A DNA stretch of 57,476 bases, filler included, from Sphacelaria rigidula (GCA_964200075.2; 7 parts of 7 records of this genome joined end to end with filler, not necessarily neighbours in it), one strand, 5' to 3'; counted from the first letter of the whole stretch, positions 23,675 to 36,461 are shown. A program made the numbers and translations. Notes: generated by a model from the letters alone, not told the origin.

Positions 23675-24399
23675 TAGATGGTAGTGACAATACACGATAC
23701 ATACGGTTTACAGTATATAACAAAGGATTATGAAAACACGGGGTGGAACATGTTCAAATGGGGTTGAAGTCGCCCTCCGAAATGTCACATTTTACGTGGA
23801 ACAGCTATTTTGCAAACACAACCAACCGAGGAAAATAGAAAATACTCACCGGTTGAAAGTTATCCCCCTATACTTGTAGCTTGCCTTGCCGTGCATTCAT
23901 TGTTGATCCACACGGCCAATTGGCTCCTCCTTGAAATCCCGACGAGTACAGATAGTCGTGCGCTGTCTGTACTGCACTTCATCCGCGTCTCTTTCACATC
24001 CTACTGTACGAAAGATGTTCACATGCACGCGCTGAACCGACTGCCTACCCCTGCCTGTCGTTGCTCGAAATAAGCTGTTCTCAGGCAAGGCCTCCCTGAT
24101 CAGCGCTGAGGGGCGCGAGTAAGGAATGCGATGGTAAATGGTTGATCATAGGAAATGCCTACTATTAACCGCATATCTCGCCTCAGCTTGCATTGCCAAT
24201 GTATGAGATTTGTACAGTGGTAGAGTTTGTTCGGAATAGATTCTCGTTTTGCCCAATTTCAAACTCGGGCAAAACGAGGGTTTATTTCGAAGTCTCTGTT
24301 CTGCGAATCCCATATATACTGCAACCAGTATGGGATTTCCACAGCACGAGTGCCTTCAGAAACGATGCAGCGAGTTTCGATATTATTAGAGAGTTTCGG

Positions 24400-24576
24400 A
24401 AGATGTTTCTTTTTATCATAGAGTCAGAGTGCAGAGTGGATGCTTCGAAACTTCAGAGGGGAACGGATGATATCATTATTGGGTAATACGGGGAAGGTAC
24501 GAAGAACATGAACGGGGTAGAAATGCTGAAGTTCCTTGAGCATAACGAGATGAAGATGCTGAACGATAGAGTACCA
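24400..24576 (+). mobile_element. LINE apurinic-endonuclease domain fragment with an in-frame stop
   Basis: Translates DDIIIG*YGEGTKNMNGVEMLKFLEHNEMKMLNDRVP, the G..GE...N.NG..L..F...N.M..LN segment of LINE endonucleases. Confidence 0.65.
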
Positions 24577-24676
24577 NNNNNNNNNNNNNNNNNNNNNNNN
24601 NNNNNNNNNNNNNNNNNNNNTTAATTAATTAANNNNNNNNNNNNNNNNNNNNNNNNNNNNNNNNNNNNNNNNNNNN
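24577..24676. other. Artificial contig linker
   Basis: N44-TTAATTAATTAA-N44. Confidence 0.98.
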
Positions 24677-24856
24677 AAAGAGTTGATCGCTGGTCCAAGG
24701 GGTACCCAAGCAACTTCTGCGCCATTCCACGTGTCTAGGCTGCGTGTACCTGGCTTGCAACGCTGAAATATAGCCTAGGGATTGATTCGTCACGAGTCGA
24801 CTCATAATACTAAAACCAAGTAATTTTCAGACGAATCATTATTTGTCCGATACTTG
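24677..24856. mobile_element. hAT-type MITE family A, partial (cut by contig start)
   Basis: Homologous to 51240-51428 and 42540-42737. Confidence 0.8.
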
Positions 24857-24859
24857 GAA

Positions 24860-27800
24860 TATTAACGAAGAAGACAAAACGAAGAAAGACAGAGAAGTAA
24901 AAAAAGCAGAAGGGAAAACGCCTCCCCTTAAGGTGATCAGGGTGTTCTGAAAACAAGTACATCAGATCTGCCCATAAAGGATACGGGAGAAAGATGGGAA
25001 AAGGACGAAAGGAACGAGAATGATTACTCAGCCAGGGTGAAATCAACAACCCCAGGTACCCTCGTAGACAAATACCGAAGGTGTTCGGAAATCTGCAGAT
25101 GCACTAGCGAGTCGGCTACGCGACGGCCTGCTCGCTACGTTTCGGTGGTCCTCGATAGGCACCGAGGAAACTCGAACGTCAACACAGTAATCAGTCCCTT
25201 CGCATGGTGTGCTTTCGTCCAGTCCGTGAGTTACATCCTAGCCTCTTCCTCGACGATCCGGTACTATTTCAAAATATTTTGGGCAACCTGCGTTCAAGAT
25301 GCCGTTTTTATTCCGAAGTCGGAGCAGCATTCCTTGACACTGTGTTGTAGGCGTCTTGCTGGTCGGCCTGCCTTCGTGTTCCTCTCCGACCACGACTTCA
25401 CGCATGATGATGCCTGGGAGGCGTTTGACACGCATGTGCACGACGTGGCCGGCGTGTAGGAGGATTCGCCTCATCACGGTAGCCGCAATGCGCCCGCAGC
25501 CAGTCCGAGGGCCTCGCGGTATGGCAGCATGTGCTCGTCGGGGGCGCTGCGGCTTTGAGCATGGTTGTTGAGGCACCTCAGCAGGAATAAGATGAGACAG
25601 GTATCCCGAAACGCGCCGAATTTGTCGCATGCAATCGTGAAGATCGCGCAACCGCGGAACATGACCTCGTCACTTCTGGCTTAAGGAGACGAACCTCGGT
25701 GGGTAGGGCTATGTATGGGTTGTCTTATACTTGCAGGAGCACGTCCTTGTCCCGTCGACGCGGCTGTGGATCTCGGGAATGATATCGCCGATGCTGCTCA
25801 CATTGCCGCCGAGATGAATTCAAGACTGAACTTGCTTATACCTTTGGCTTGCTGCTTCCACCTCGACCACGTCCGCCTTCGTGTTTGGAAAGCGCATGTG
25901 CATCGTTACCGTGTTCGTTTCTGCCACGACGAGACCGAGAGCCGCATAGACTTCGAGGACGACTGTCATCTTTTCCAGGCTCACTTGAGATCACGAGACA
26001 ATGCCAGCGTCGTCGGCGTATAGCATGGCCCAAAACACTTTACGAAGTTTATATTTGCTCTTCCCGCCCCTTTCAGCGATGCGGATGAAGTCCTTCGCCA
26101 CCATGTATTGATCAAGCAGCGGTTGAACCTCACCGCCAGCATCGCTGCGATAAAAATGGTGTACAAATCGGGGGCAATCACACAGCCTTGGCGGAGGCCC
26201 CTGTTGACGTTCAACCACTATGATGTCTTGCCTCTGTCAAAGCGTTCGCACGCCCGCATGCCGTCTTAGAACTGGCGGGTAGTGAGTATCATCCTGGTGG
26301 GGATGCCGGTGGGTGCTAGCACCTTCCAGAGCAGAACAAGACGTACGCCTTATAGAGGCCGATGAAGCACATGTACAGGGGAAGATTCTTCTCTCTGGTC
26401 GGTTCTTGGAATCTGCGGACAACGTACATCATCCCGACTGTCGATCGGCCGGGTCGGAAACCAAAGTGAGATTTTGGGACGATTCCTTCCTATTCGTGGT
26501 AGGTGCAGAGGCGAGTCGCAACTTTCTCGAGGACCGTCTTGCCCGCATGGGACCCCAGGGAAAAACCGCGGTAGTTACGGTATTCGTGCTGGTCCTGTTT
26601 ATTGTGCAGTGCCTTGATGATGGTGTCTTTCCATTCCTGGGGCACTACTTCCCGCCGACACACTGTGAGCACGAGGTTGTGGAAACACTTCAGGATGATG
26701 GAGTCATTTGCGATGCCGAGCTTGAATAGTTCTCCACAGGCCGTCAATCCCAAATGGTCTTGCCGTACCCCAGCTTACCCACTTCTTCTTACACTTTTTC
26801 CATCGGGGACTTCGCCGCGAGGGTTGTGTGCTCTGTTCGATGAGATCGATGACGTAGTGGTCGAGCGTAGGCGAGGTTGTGTTCAAAAGCGTTTCAAACC
26901 ACTACTTTCACCATTGTGAGATAGCTTACTTGTCCGCCCGCAATGACTCCCCGATCGCGCTCCTGATTTGGGTTGAGCCGCACCTCCCTTCCCTTCCAAC
27001 TCCAAGGGCTTGATATGTTTGTAGGACTTTGCATGACTCTTGTTGCGAGTAGACCCCACTCTCTGGATGGTGAACTCGTGAACGAAGGTCTGCAGTTCAG
27101 CGTATTTCACCCGTTTCAACGCCTCGTGTGTCACCTTAAGCGCCTCATTCAGGGCAAAGGGCTAAGCGCTGGCGGGCAGCTTATTCCACACCCGCTCCCT
27201 GATATTCCACGCCTCTTGAATCTTGAAGACATTCCTGAGCTCGCGTGATGTCTCACTGAAATCACCAGATGAGGGCATTATTTGGGCAGCGAGGGAGAGA
27301 ATCAACGGCCGTCTGTCGCAGATCGTTGGCGAAGGTAGGTGCCATATATCTTTGACGCCCAGGACTGCGGTGGAGTTGGTGGCATTCGGGAGCCCGGCGA
27401 CGATGGCCCTCGAAGCAATTTGCTCTCGAACGCCGGCCGGATGTGAGGACTTTTCGGTCGAAGCGTGCCCCGCTATCCCCACCTCCCGGTTTTCGTCGGC
27501 GGTTGGGTGCGCTCCTTCCGAGGAGACAGATGGGGCCTGAGACCAATCGATGGTCCGAGTTCATGTTTGGTTGGACAGTGACGTTTTGGACCAGTCTTCG
27601 GTTTTGCTGACGAGCCAGGGCGTAGTCCGGGCGCCGGAGGTGTCCGAGCTTCGGCCCCTCGTATGTGTGCGCGGTTGAGCTTTCCCCGCTAGTTGGGGTG
27701 CGAAAGAATACGTCGGTAATTATACAAAAGACGCATGTATACGTGGTATGAGGAATTCATTTCAACCTTGTCTCTCTGGACCAAGTGCAGAAAAAAGCAG

Positions 27801-29890
27801 GATGCCTTGCCGAGAAGTACAGATGTATACTTTTTTGACGGTCAGTTCCGTTTTGATTGCAATATGCAATCTTCGTCTTGGGGTTAGACCCGTCGGACCC
27901 AGTGCTCACGGGGTTGGCCACGGATTATTTTTGAAAGTGGACCAAAGGGTCCGTCTTGCCATGGAGGAAAAGTCAAAATTCCGCAACCAAGAGAGGAGTG
28001 CATATGCACTACAACCACTAGAGGATCGGCTACTGAGCGAAAGACCGACGGAAAAGGGACCAAGGTTTGAAAGAGGCAATTCCAGCCAGGAGAGCGGCGT
28101 CCCCACAGCAAGAGTGATTACCCCCGGCGGCCATCCAGGAAACAAATCTCCGTCGACGTGTACTGCATACTTCAATAGCTGCTCAGATGGATCAATCAGG
28201 CACGTTTCATCCAGGGCTTCGAACGCTCAGCATTGCCTCCACGCAGCGCGTGGAGTCGGGGAAGAGTGCTTTGAAGCTGATGGAGAAGAAACCGGGGACA
28301 AAAGTCGAGGCATACGGCGCGATTGTGGGCAAGGCTGAGGACGCGTACAACAATGACAAAAGGCCGGCGCTCGTTGCTTGATGTGTGATGTGTTGCATGG
28401 ACGGATAGCCCGTCCAGGTATCACACATCGAGCGACGAGCGCCCGCTTCTTGTTTTTGTTGTACGCGTCCCGAACCTTACCCACAATCGCGCTGTATGCC
28501 TCGGCTTTTGATGCTGTACGCATCGGCTTTTATCCCCGATTTCTTCAACATCGGCTTCGAAGCACTTTTCCCCGACTCCACGCGCTACGTGGAGGCAATA
28601 CTGAGCGTGCGAAACCCGGGGGTAAAACGTGGCTCAATGATCCATCTGAGCCGCTGCTTGAGCATGCAGTACACGTTGACGTAGGTCTCCTCCCCGGATG
28701 ATCGTCGGGGGTAATCGATCTCGATGTGGGGTCGCCGCTCTCGTGGCTGGCGTTGCCTCTTCCAAACCTTGGTCCCTCTTCTACGATCTTTCGCATAGTA
28801 GTCGATTCTCTTGTGGTGGTAATTTACCCCTTTTTCTCGTCGGCCCGTTGCCCATTCATCGCTTCCCTAACCGAATTTCTCTTTTTTTCCTACAGAGCCG
28901 TGACATGTTTTAGCAATGGAGCTACTCAGTATTTCCCAGAACTTGGTCTTTTCAGAGGTGGCTGCTGTTGAGGTGGGGGCATACCCCCACGATGAAGGTC
29001 GTCGAAACTCCATATCTAACCGTCTCTCGCACGTTGAGCATCCTTGCACTGACGTGTTCGGGGACGATTCCTTCTGAGCCTAGCGTGCTGGCAGCAACCT
29101 ATTTTTTTGCAAGGCTGACTCCGAGCGTCCCAGTTAACCTCCGTTTGTATTGCGGTTGCCGCCGCAGTGGACGATATACCCTGCGGTTGGTGGTTCGAAG
29201 GTAGTTCTTCCATCGCGACGAGTCTCTTGTCGGGCGACGAAGTCATGATCGCACTTGAATGCAAGAAACATCGAGTCCTTAACGTGACCTGCATTGTTGA
29301 TTCCTCTCTGAGCCATGGTGCCTACATGAGGGGTGGCACCCACCAGCTCCTTGGGCCGAGACATCGCCCCTACATCACATCGACTGCCACGAGCCTGCGC
29401 GTTGGCTGCTCGCCGAGCTGGCCTTTCCCTTCCCTCGTTTCATCTGTGTCCCTGCTTTCTGGCGTCTCATCCAGGACTCGTGGGATATTCTCTGTCTTCA
29501 TGCTCTCTCCCGCCCCAGCAGGTTCTTGCCTTATTTCTTCTGCACGGGGTTGAGCGGGCTCCACGCAAGTCGACCTTTATGCCTACACGCACGTCCCCGC
29601 CTGCTCTTGGAGCTACGGCACCATTGCTGCCGTCGGTGGCCATGATTGAGACTAGCGGATCCCGCCAACAGGGGTGGAGCGTGTTCCGACGCTTTCGCCA
29701 CGTAACAGCAATATTACGGGTGGTGACCACAGGACACTGCGGGCAGTGTTCTAGCAGTTGTCACTCAGTCCTGCACTATTGCGGCCCTGAGCAGTCTGAC
29801 AGTAGAAGTCGACTAGTTCTGTATTTTTCTGGGGGTCGCTGCCTTTGGGTAGCACAACCAGGCTTCGGCGGCTCGGGGCCACGGTCGGGG
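24860..29890 (-). mobile_element. Decayed near-full-length RTE-clade LINE (endonuclease plus reverse transcriptase) with stops and frameshifts
   Basis: Motifs in order on the minus strand: QETR (~29240), GYAPT (~28980), TDVFF (~27715), DYAL...SDHRLV (~27630-27545), VPQEWKDTIIKALHNK..D....NYRGFSL (~26650-26540), GLRQGCVIAPDLY (~26200), MLYADD (~26020). Both ends are approximate. Confidence 0.9.
28011..28820. repeat. ~810-bp imperfect palindrome (foldback) nested in the LINE endonuclease region
   Basis: 28011-28390 aligns with the reverse complement of 28419-28820, e.g. ggcatacggcgcgattgtgggcaagg versus ggcatacagcgcgattgtgggtaagg; apex hairpin tggacgg-atagc-ccgtcca at 28398-28416. Confidence 0.92.
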
Positions 29891-31244
29891 TAGAGGATCG
29901 ACTGTTTCACGGGTATTTTGTATTATATGGTTGCAGAATACCAATTGTTATTTCTGATTCCGGATATCGTGCGATAAAACGACAAACCATGGTATATATT
30001 CGCTGCATCACTTCGACGTGTGGTGGATATGGTCTGCGCCATGTTCAGAACACTTTTCATAGTGCAATCGGCAATTGGGGTTTGGAGTCTGGCAGTTCCG
30101 CATCAGGTGTTCCCCTATAATTTTCTCACTCGACTGAGCAGGCGTCGACCTTCGTGCTATGCAGAAAGATGGAGACCAAGGACTGTTACGGGGGGTGGAG
30201 TTGAAGGTTGTGGTACCTGTACTCTTGTAGAGTTGTTTTCATTTTCTAAGTTTATTTGTCGCACTTTGAACTCCTCCCCTTCCTTGCGACGAGTCCGTGG
30301 TATCAAGGAATCAACGCATCTTTACCCGAGCGCAGAGTTCCATTGTGCAACGATGCTGTATATTATGGTGTGAGTGTCTTTGTTGTACGATGATGATACT
30401 AAAACTAGTGTAAGCTGTAGCTGGTCATGGCAAACCCGAATACACTGGATTACTGCCCCCCTCGTCACCAGTTCCATTAAATTTGAAGGGAAGATATTAA
30501 TTGGTCCAGATCACAGCCCGATTTATCCATTTGTCATTATTTGTCTATTTTAGTTTCATACGTAACTTATTTAATGCTTGTTTTCATTCCATTTCATCTT
30601 CACATTATTTTCTTCCTACTATCGGTATTTGTAGTTCTTTTCCATCCCTTTCCTTTCCCTCCCCACGTGGTTTAAGATATTGTTTTCACCTGTTCCATTA
30701 TTGCTTCTCAGTTACTTTTTTTTTTTACACATTTTTTCATATTCCCCACGGTTCTTTTCCATTAGCGAGCGTTTCCATTTTTGTTCACCTTACCTTGTGC
30801 ACATATATATATTCTCGCTACGGCTGGATACTTCGGAGATCGCTTGATGTGTGGCAATCACTTAAGTAATCAATCAACCAATCGATCGATCAATTGATTC
30901 CCATGGGTCCGCTTGCTCGGGACGAGTCCGTGGTACCAAGAGAGTTTTCCATCTCTCCCCCGGCACACGCCCTGCACTTTGAGGTCGCAAATGGATGATG
31001 GCTATCAGCACTCTCACACCGCATCGGCTCTTGTGAACCACGCTCACTTTGGCACTCGCGTCCTCACGCCTGTAACGACGAAAGTCAGACGTGGTACCGC
31101 CGTCACATTCACCACACAAGAACCCAACTGCACCTGCCGGAAGCAAAGCCGCATTCTTCCCCCGGAAGTTGAAACTGCAGCCGCACCCATTACACCGCTG
31201 AGGCAGGGTGGTTTGTATATGTAAATAGTAATACAATAGCATCG

Positions 31245-31381
31245 GATCCTGGACAATCTAGTACACTGTCAAAAGTGTACTGTCTTCAGTATAGAACATC
31301 GCGTCTATGCCAGTAGACGATATAGTGTCCATACTGTACGCAGCATATTTTTTGACGATGCCATCTGTTCTCCAGGATGTG
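31245..31381. mobile_element. MITE family B (CACAYCCTGGA ends), degenerate copy
   Basis: Internal similarity to 49814-49958 and 35131-35274; ends atcctgga / tccaggatgtg. Confidence 0.55.
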
Positions 31382-31417
31382 ATTGGTATCTATGCCGCAA
31401 AGTGTTACCGCCTGGAT

Positions 31418-31636
31418 GGTGTGTGTTGTCGCCCCATCTATTCTGGACGCCGGTCTACATCTTTTGGTATATGTGGGCGCACCAGCCGGGGTCACACAGG
31501 AGGAAGGCCAGCACAGGAGGTTTTTCTTTGTTGTTTCTTTCCAATACTCCACCTTCCTTCTGCTGTGCTTTCCTTCATCTCTATCGCGAGAGGGGTGCAG
31601 CAGTCCCTTTCCCTCGTCGACCATTCAGTCGACTTT
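31418..31636 (-). mobile_element. tRNA-derived SINE family 1, 5'-truncated copy
   Basis: Closely similar to 5540-5750 (ggtatatgtgggcgcaccagccggggtcacacaggaggaaggccagcacagg). Confidence 0.85.
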
Positions 31637-32801
31637 GGCCTACCGTGTTGTAAGTTGAAGGTTATTGTCTCCCGAGTTTGACATCATCCTGTTGATCCGT
31701 TGTCCGTATGTGTAGGTCTTTCTTGTGCTGTTGCTCGTGCCAGCGAGGGCGTCTGTTCGAGTGGGAGATATGTGTAATTCCCACCCTGCTTAATATTCAT
31801 ACAGTTATGGGCGCGCCTGACCCCCCAAAATGAGCCAAAAAAGTATCACCGACCAATAGCACGAACAGACCGGAGATCTCGTTCATCCCCTGATTATGGA
31901 CGCCGTAAATCCCTCCAAGTACTTGTGATTTGAGTGGGGTTTCCACTCGACGATTTCCCATTTTTGTTGTCCCGGGCTACGAACCACGGCGTACCTAGGC
32001 TACTCACCAGCGTGTATTTGTCCAAGCTACAATCTGGAAAGATTGTGGAACCAAACGAGTTATGGTGATCGAGAAAATCGCAAAAAAAACATGTTTTTTC
32101 CACTTAATTTGTGATAAATCTTGAATCCCGATGAGATGAAAAAATATGTTGACCGAGTATTTAGCTGCCGTCTTGGCGCGAATGATGCAAAAAATCGCAT
32201 CCCAATCGATGGCCTTGACGATGAGTAATTGGGGCAACCGTTTGGGCTACGGGCGCAAACCAGCACCTCCCAACCCTCGCCGGTTTTCACGACACGCGAA
32301 CACGTCACCCCTGTCCGACGGCCTCAGAATAGATTACACTCATGGATGACTCTTGATACTGCAGATGGTTGATACATCACATGTGTGGAATGATCGGCAG
32401 GTAGGTGTAGAATCGAACCTTTGACCAAACCCCTAGAGGCTTCCGCGTGCGCGGATATTTATCCCCACATCTGTGCATCGCTTGTGATGGTGGCAAGAGT
32501 AGCGCTCGTTCTCCTGCACCCGGTGCCATCACCACGCCACCGTCGATAGCGTAGCTTTGTATCTCATCTCACCTGGCGGCAAGTGTGGACAAACCCTGAA
32601 CTGACGGAGAAAAGAAAGCCACAGAGAATGGTAGAGGCACAGCTCCCATGAAAATATCCGGATTTCGGTGTTCACAATAACATCAAGGTGGATCAACTTA
32701 TCCTCCCCAATGATGAACTATACTGCGTGAAGGCGACACAAAAGACAGCATAAAGTCGTCAGCCCACTTTTACTGAAGTCACATGGCACCGAAGCCCCAT
32801 T

Positions 32802-32901
32802 NNNNNNNNNNNNNNNNNNNNNNNNNNNNNNNNNNNNNNNNNNNNTTAATTAATTAANNNNNNNNNNNNNNNNNNNNNNNNNNNNNNNNNNNNNNNNNNN
32901 N
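32802..32901. other. Artificial contig linker
   Basis: N44-TTAATTAATTAA-N44. Confidence 0.98.
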
Positions 32902-32949
32902 AACCTGGTTGCCTGGCTTCCGTAGTGAGTGGCGTGTTTTATAGCGTCA

Positions 32950-33065
32950 TCACCAACCCACGCCAACCCCATCGGGGTGCAGGCAAGGGGGGTGCATACG
33001 CCCCCCAATGCAAAGTGTGCGTTGGCAGACCTCAAATTGACGCCTCAGGCGCCGATTTCGACAAC
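32950..33065 (+). repeat. Unclassified dispersed repeat
   Basis: aagtgtgcgttggcagacctcaaattgacgcctcaggcgc resembles aagtatgcgttgccagacctcaaatcggcgctccaggcgc at ~48720-48760. Confidence 0.55.
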
Positions 33066-33174
33066 AATACGTCCTGGACGAGCTGGGTCCATTGCTCACC
33101 TGCCCTAAATTATACATAATTTTTTCTTGGAACCTTTTCCACTCTAAAATCAAGTAGTCATGCTGTCAACCATT

Positions 33175-33312
33175 AATATACGCCCAAAGCTGTAAATCTA
33201 CTGCTTGAGGGATCAACCCATGTCTTCCTTAGTATGCATATGACATGTTGGCGTCGCGGGTAGCGTCATGACCATCAGCACTCTAGCACCGCATCGACTC
33301 TCGCCAAAACAA
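33175..33312 (-). mobile_element. SINE family 2, body fragment
   Basis: The reverse complement gagtcgatgcggtgctagagtgctga...atgggttgatccctc matches 2105-2192. Confidence 0.6.
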
Positions 33313-33333
33313 GGTCGTTCAAACAAAATATTT

Positions 33334-33583
33334 CAACGGTCCGACAAATAATGATTCATCTGGAAATTACTTAGTTTTAGCATGATAAGTCGACTCGTGA
33401 AGAATCAATCCCCAGGCTTTATTTTCAGCGTTGCAACCCAGGTACACGCAGCCCAGANNNNNNNNNAAGTTGCGTGAATACCCCTCGGACCAGCGATCAA
33501 CTTTTTTCTCCCTTTTGGGCAATGAGGCCGAAGAAATCGTGAATTTGGTGATTTTTGGGTCGTGATGATTTGTCCAAACCGTG
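33334..33583. mobile_element. hAT-type MITE family A, complete
   Basis: Ends caacggtccgacaaat / atttgtccaaaccgtg; 8-bp flanks aaatattt / aaatgttt (TSD, 7 of 8). Confidence 0.85.
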
Positions 33584-33915
33584 AAATGTTTCTGCTACCC
33601 GGATCCTCACGCTTTTAAGTACCGAAAACGCTAGATACAGCATGGAAACAATTCAAAACTAAACGCACCAGGAAGCAGGAAGCAGGAAGCGAACCAATTT
33701 TTTTCTCGACCCAGTAGTGTCGCCTGCACCATTAGGTCATTGGACAACCGGAACGTGGGAGTGGTTCACGAGAATGCCGAAGTATTGAAGAAACGCGTGC
33801 AACTTCAACAGCCGTTCACGTAGGCCCCATGTTAATGAAGGTGCTCCGATCGTGTCTACGTTTCGAGTCACATTCCTTCAGACAAGGAACCACAGATGTT
33901 GCCATCGAAAAATTC

Positions 33916-34078
33916 CACACCTTGGACATTATATGGTCAATAGTTGTAACAGACAAGAAAAATACTGCATGAAGTATAGGCCTATTGCAACTATTACCGC
34001 CCGACAATAGTCGCAATAAGCCTATACTTTATCAGTACACTGTATTGCATCTATTGACTATATACTGTCCATGGTGTG
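33916..34078. mobile_element. hAT-type MITE family B
   Basis: TIR cacaccttggaca / tgtccatggtgtg; flanks aaaaattc / gaaaattc (8-bp TSD, 7 of 8). Confidence 0.75.
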
Positions 34079-34089
34079 GAAAATTCGTA

Positions 34090-34348
34090 CACACACGCTC
34101 ATGAGTATTGTATTTTGGTCTGGCCGATTGGATGATGACCATCAGCGCTCCCGCACTGCGCCGACTCTCGTCGAATAAACTCAGCGGAATATTCTCTCTA
34201 TTGCTGCCCACATCTCCACGCTTTCAATGGTGGCAATCAGATATTTCTGTCAGGAAAAAACTACCACGCATCTGACGTGAATCGAGCCAGCTTTATTTCC
34301 ACCCCCAATGGTGTTAGTTGGATCATTACACCACCAGGGCGCGGCGGA
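34090..34348 (-). mobile_element. tRNA-derived SINE family 2
   Basis: The reverse complement ccgccgcgccctggtggtgtaatgatcc...ccattgggggtggaaa matches the head at 1943-2000, and the body is colinear. Confidence 0.65.
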
Positions 34349-35130
34349 TACACTTCAACAACGACCCAACCCTAACAGCAACCTTAACTCAAGGTAGGCG
34401 GGAATAGAGTTACGTAGACGAATTGTGCGTTCGCTGAGGTCGAATCCGCGCTGTGTGTCGGCGGTTTGAGTAGAGACACATGCAGAGGACAAGCTGGGTG
34501 AGCGGTTAGTACTGTATACCGTAAAGATCCGAAAATCAGCGTACGCACCGAAGCCTGCATAAAACAAACACGATTTATTCATCAGGCGGTGAACTCAGTT
34601 GTTCGTGTGCTGCGTGTGACCTCCGCGGTGTCGATGTTGTTGCAACTGTCGGATATAACCAGCTTTTGTTGGGGCCTCGTATCGCTATGGTGTACGGTAG
34701 AAAGCGTGATAATCATGATAGTTTTGCGTACCCTGGACAAGAGGATACACAGCATAGGAGGCGGAGAAATAGAGATCCGAGAGAGATACTCCAACATACC
34801 AATCAAGTCATGCTTGAGTCCAGGTATTATGCTGAAGCGAACGTCCATGAAGTCGGTTTTGATGTTGTCATGAGGTGCTGCTGTAGTTGATTGATTGACT
34901 GATTGTCGCACTTCGACTGTGAAAGATGAAATGTCCCCAACTCATGGCGGCCACCCACGGGGTCAATTAGTATTGGAGCAGGTAGACTTGAGTCGCCTTT
35001 TTGTCCCGATTTCCGTTGCCCACGTTGTCGGACCACCGAAACCAAGGAAAGGTCTGTACGAGTACTGTGAAGATTCGAGGTGAGGCAGCCTTGCCACAGG
35101 TCGGCGCCAGAGTCCAATGATGGAATACAT

Positions 35131-35274
35131 CACACTCTAGATAACGACAGTATGTTACGTTGTCAAAACAATGTAGTCGTACAGTATGGAATCTACTGTC
35201 TGTGTCAATTGACGCAGTAGTCGATACCGCATGCAGCACACTCTGTGGCAATGTGATGTATTTTCCAGGGTGTG
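35131..35274. mobile_element. hAT-type MITE family B
   Basis: Ends cacactctaga / tccagggtgtg; reverse-complement similarity to 49814-49958. Confidence 0.7.
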
Positions 35275-35633
35275 TGTGTGTGTGTTGTCGTCCCATTTAT
35301 TCTGGGCGCCAGTCTACCCCTTTCGGGATATGTAGGCGCATCACATCAGCCGAGGTCACACGGGAGGAAGGTCAACACAGGAGCTGTTTCTTTTTTATTT
35401 GTTTTTAGTACCCCACCTTCCTTCTGCGGTGCTTGCTTTTTTTATTTTTTATCGCGAGAGGAGATCAGCCGTCCCGTTCCCTCGTCGACCGTTAAGTCGA
35501 ATTTTGTGTACCCACGACGAGATGGTCGCTCTCCACTATTGGGCATGGTGTAAGAAAAAATCCCAGATCGCTCCGGGAATCGAACCCCCCGTCACAAGGT
35601 TACGAGGTTACCAACTGAGCCACCGGGGCGACC
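35268..35633 (-). mobile_element. tRNA-derived SINE family 1, full length
   Basis: Box A tggctcagttgg and box B-like gttcgattcc on the minus strand, (CA)n tail; colinear with 5538-5894. Confidence 0.85.
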
Positions 35634-36461
35634 GGCTAGGGTGTAGAAAACACAAACATGAGTGATACCACTGTAGCCCCCCCCCCCCCCCCCCCCCCCC
35701 CCCCAAATCAAGTTCAAAGCTGTCACGAAGAAAATGTCAAAAATATCCATGCAGCGCATGAGAGCTGGTTTTGGCTTTGATAAAGCGCCTCATATAGCAG
35801 CCATTGTCGAAAACAATCCCGAGCGTTGGAGTTCCCAGCTGCTGGTGTCATCGGACTCGGTGATTTTGATTCACATGTAGATTTGCCTCCCCAAACCAGC
35901 CAATGATTTTTTTGGGGGGGTGGCTACCGCGACATTATTCACATATACATTATTTATTTTTCCCTCGTGCTTCATATTTCTGTTCCATGGCCTTGTGACC
36001 GCGGGCGCTAGATTTATCAGAAAAGGCTAATGTGAGAAGCAACAAAATAATGTTCATGGTGTGTTTTTGATTAACCCAAGAATATAGTCGACAACCGAAG
36101 TGTGGCGCCGGCCGAAGTCGGTTAAACTGTACTGTTTAAACCCGCCAAGCTCGCCCACGCACTGCTGATATCCGCACCAGTTTTTTTTTCAAGATCACCA
36201 CGGCGAAGGAGCGGCATGCCTCTCTTGTGAGAGAACGCTTGGAAGTCATCCATTGTGACAGGTGGCATGATTCGAATCACATACCGGTTCAGTTCGTTTT
36301 TTTTTTTCCTCGTTGCGATTTCTGTTGTTGTTTGTTGTTGCTGGCGCAGGGAAAGGGAATAGCATCGTCACAGCAGAGGGTTGCTGGACTCTATCGGAGA
36401 GGACGAAGGAAGCCCCGACTGGAAGCGAAGCCAAGGCAGCGCTGCAGAAGAGGGGATCATC

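Noticed and set aside
27748-28338. 196-aa plus-strand gene inside the LINE
   Set aside because: It overlaps the palindrome arm, has no splice or domain support, and the equivalent frame is broken in the other arm.
29670-29740. Hammerhead ribozyme on the minus strand (GAAA-GCGT...ACGC-TC)
   Set aside because: There is no CUGANGA core upstream of the stem II candidate and no stem I pairing.
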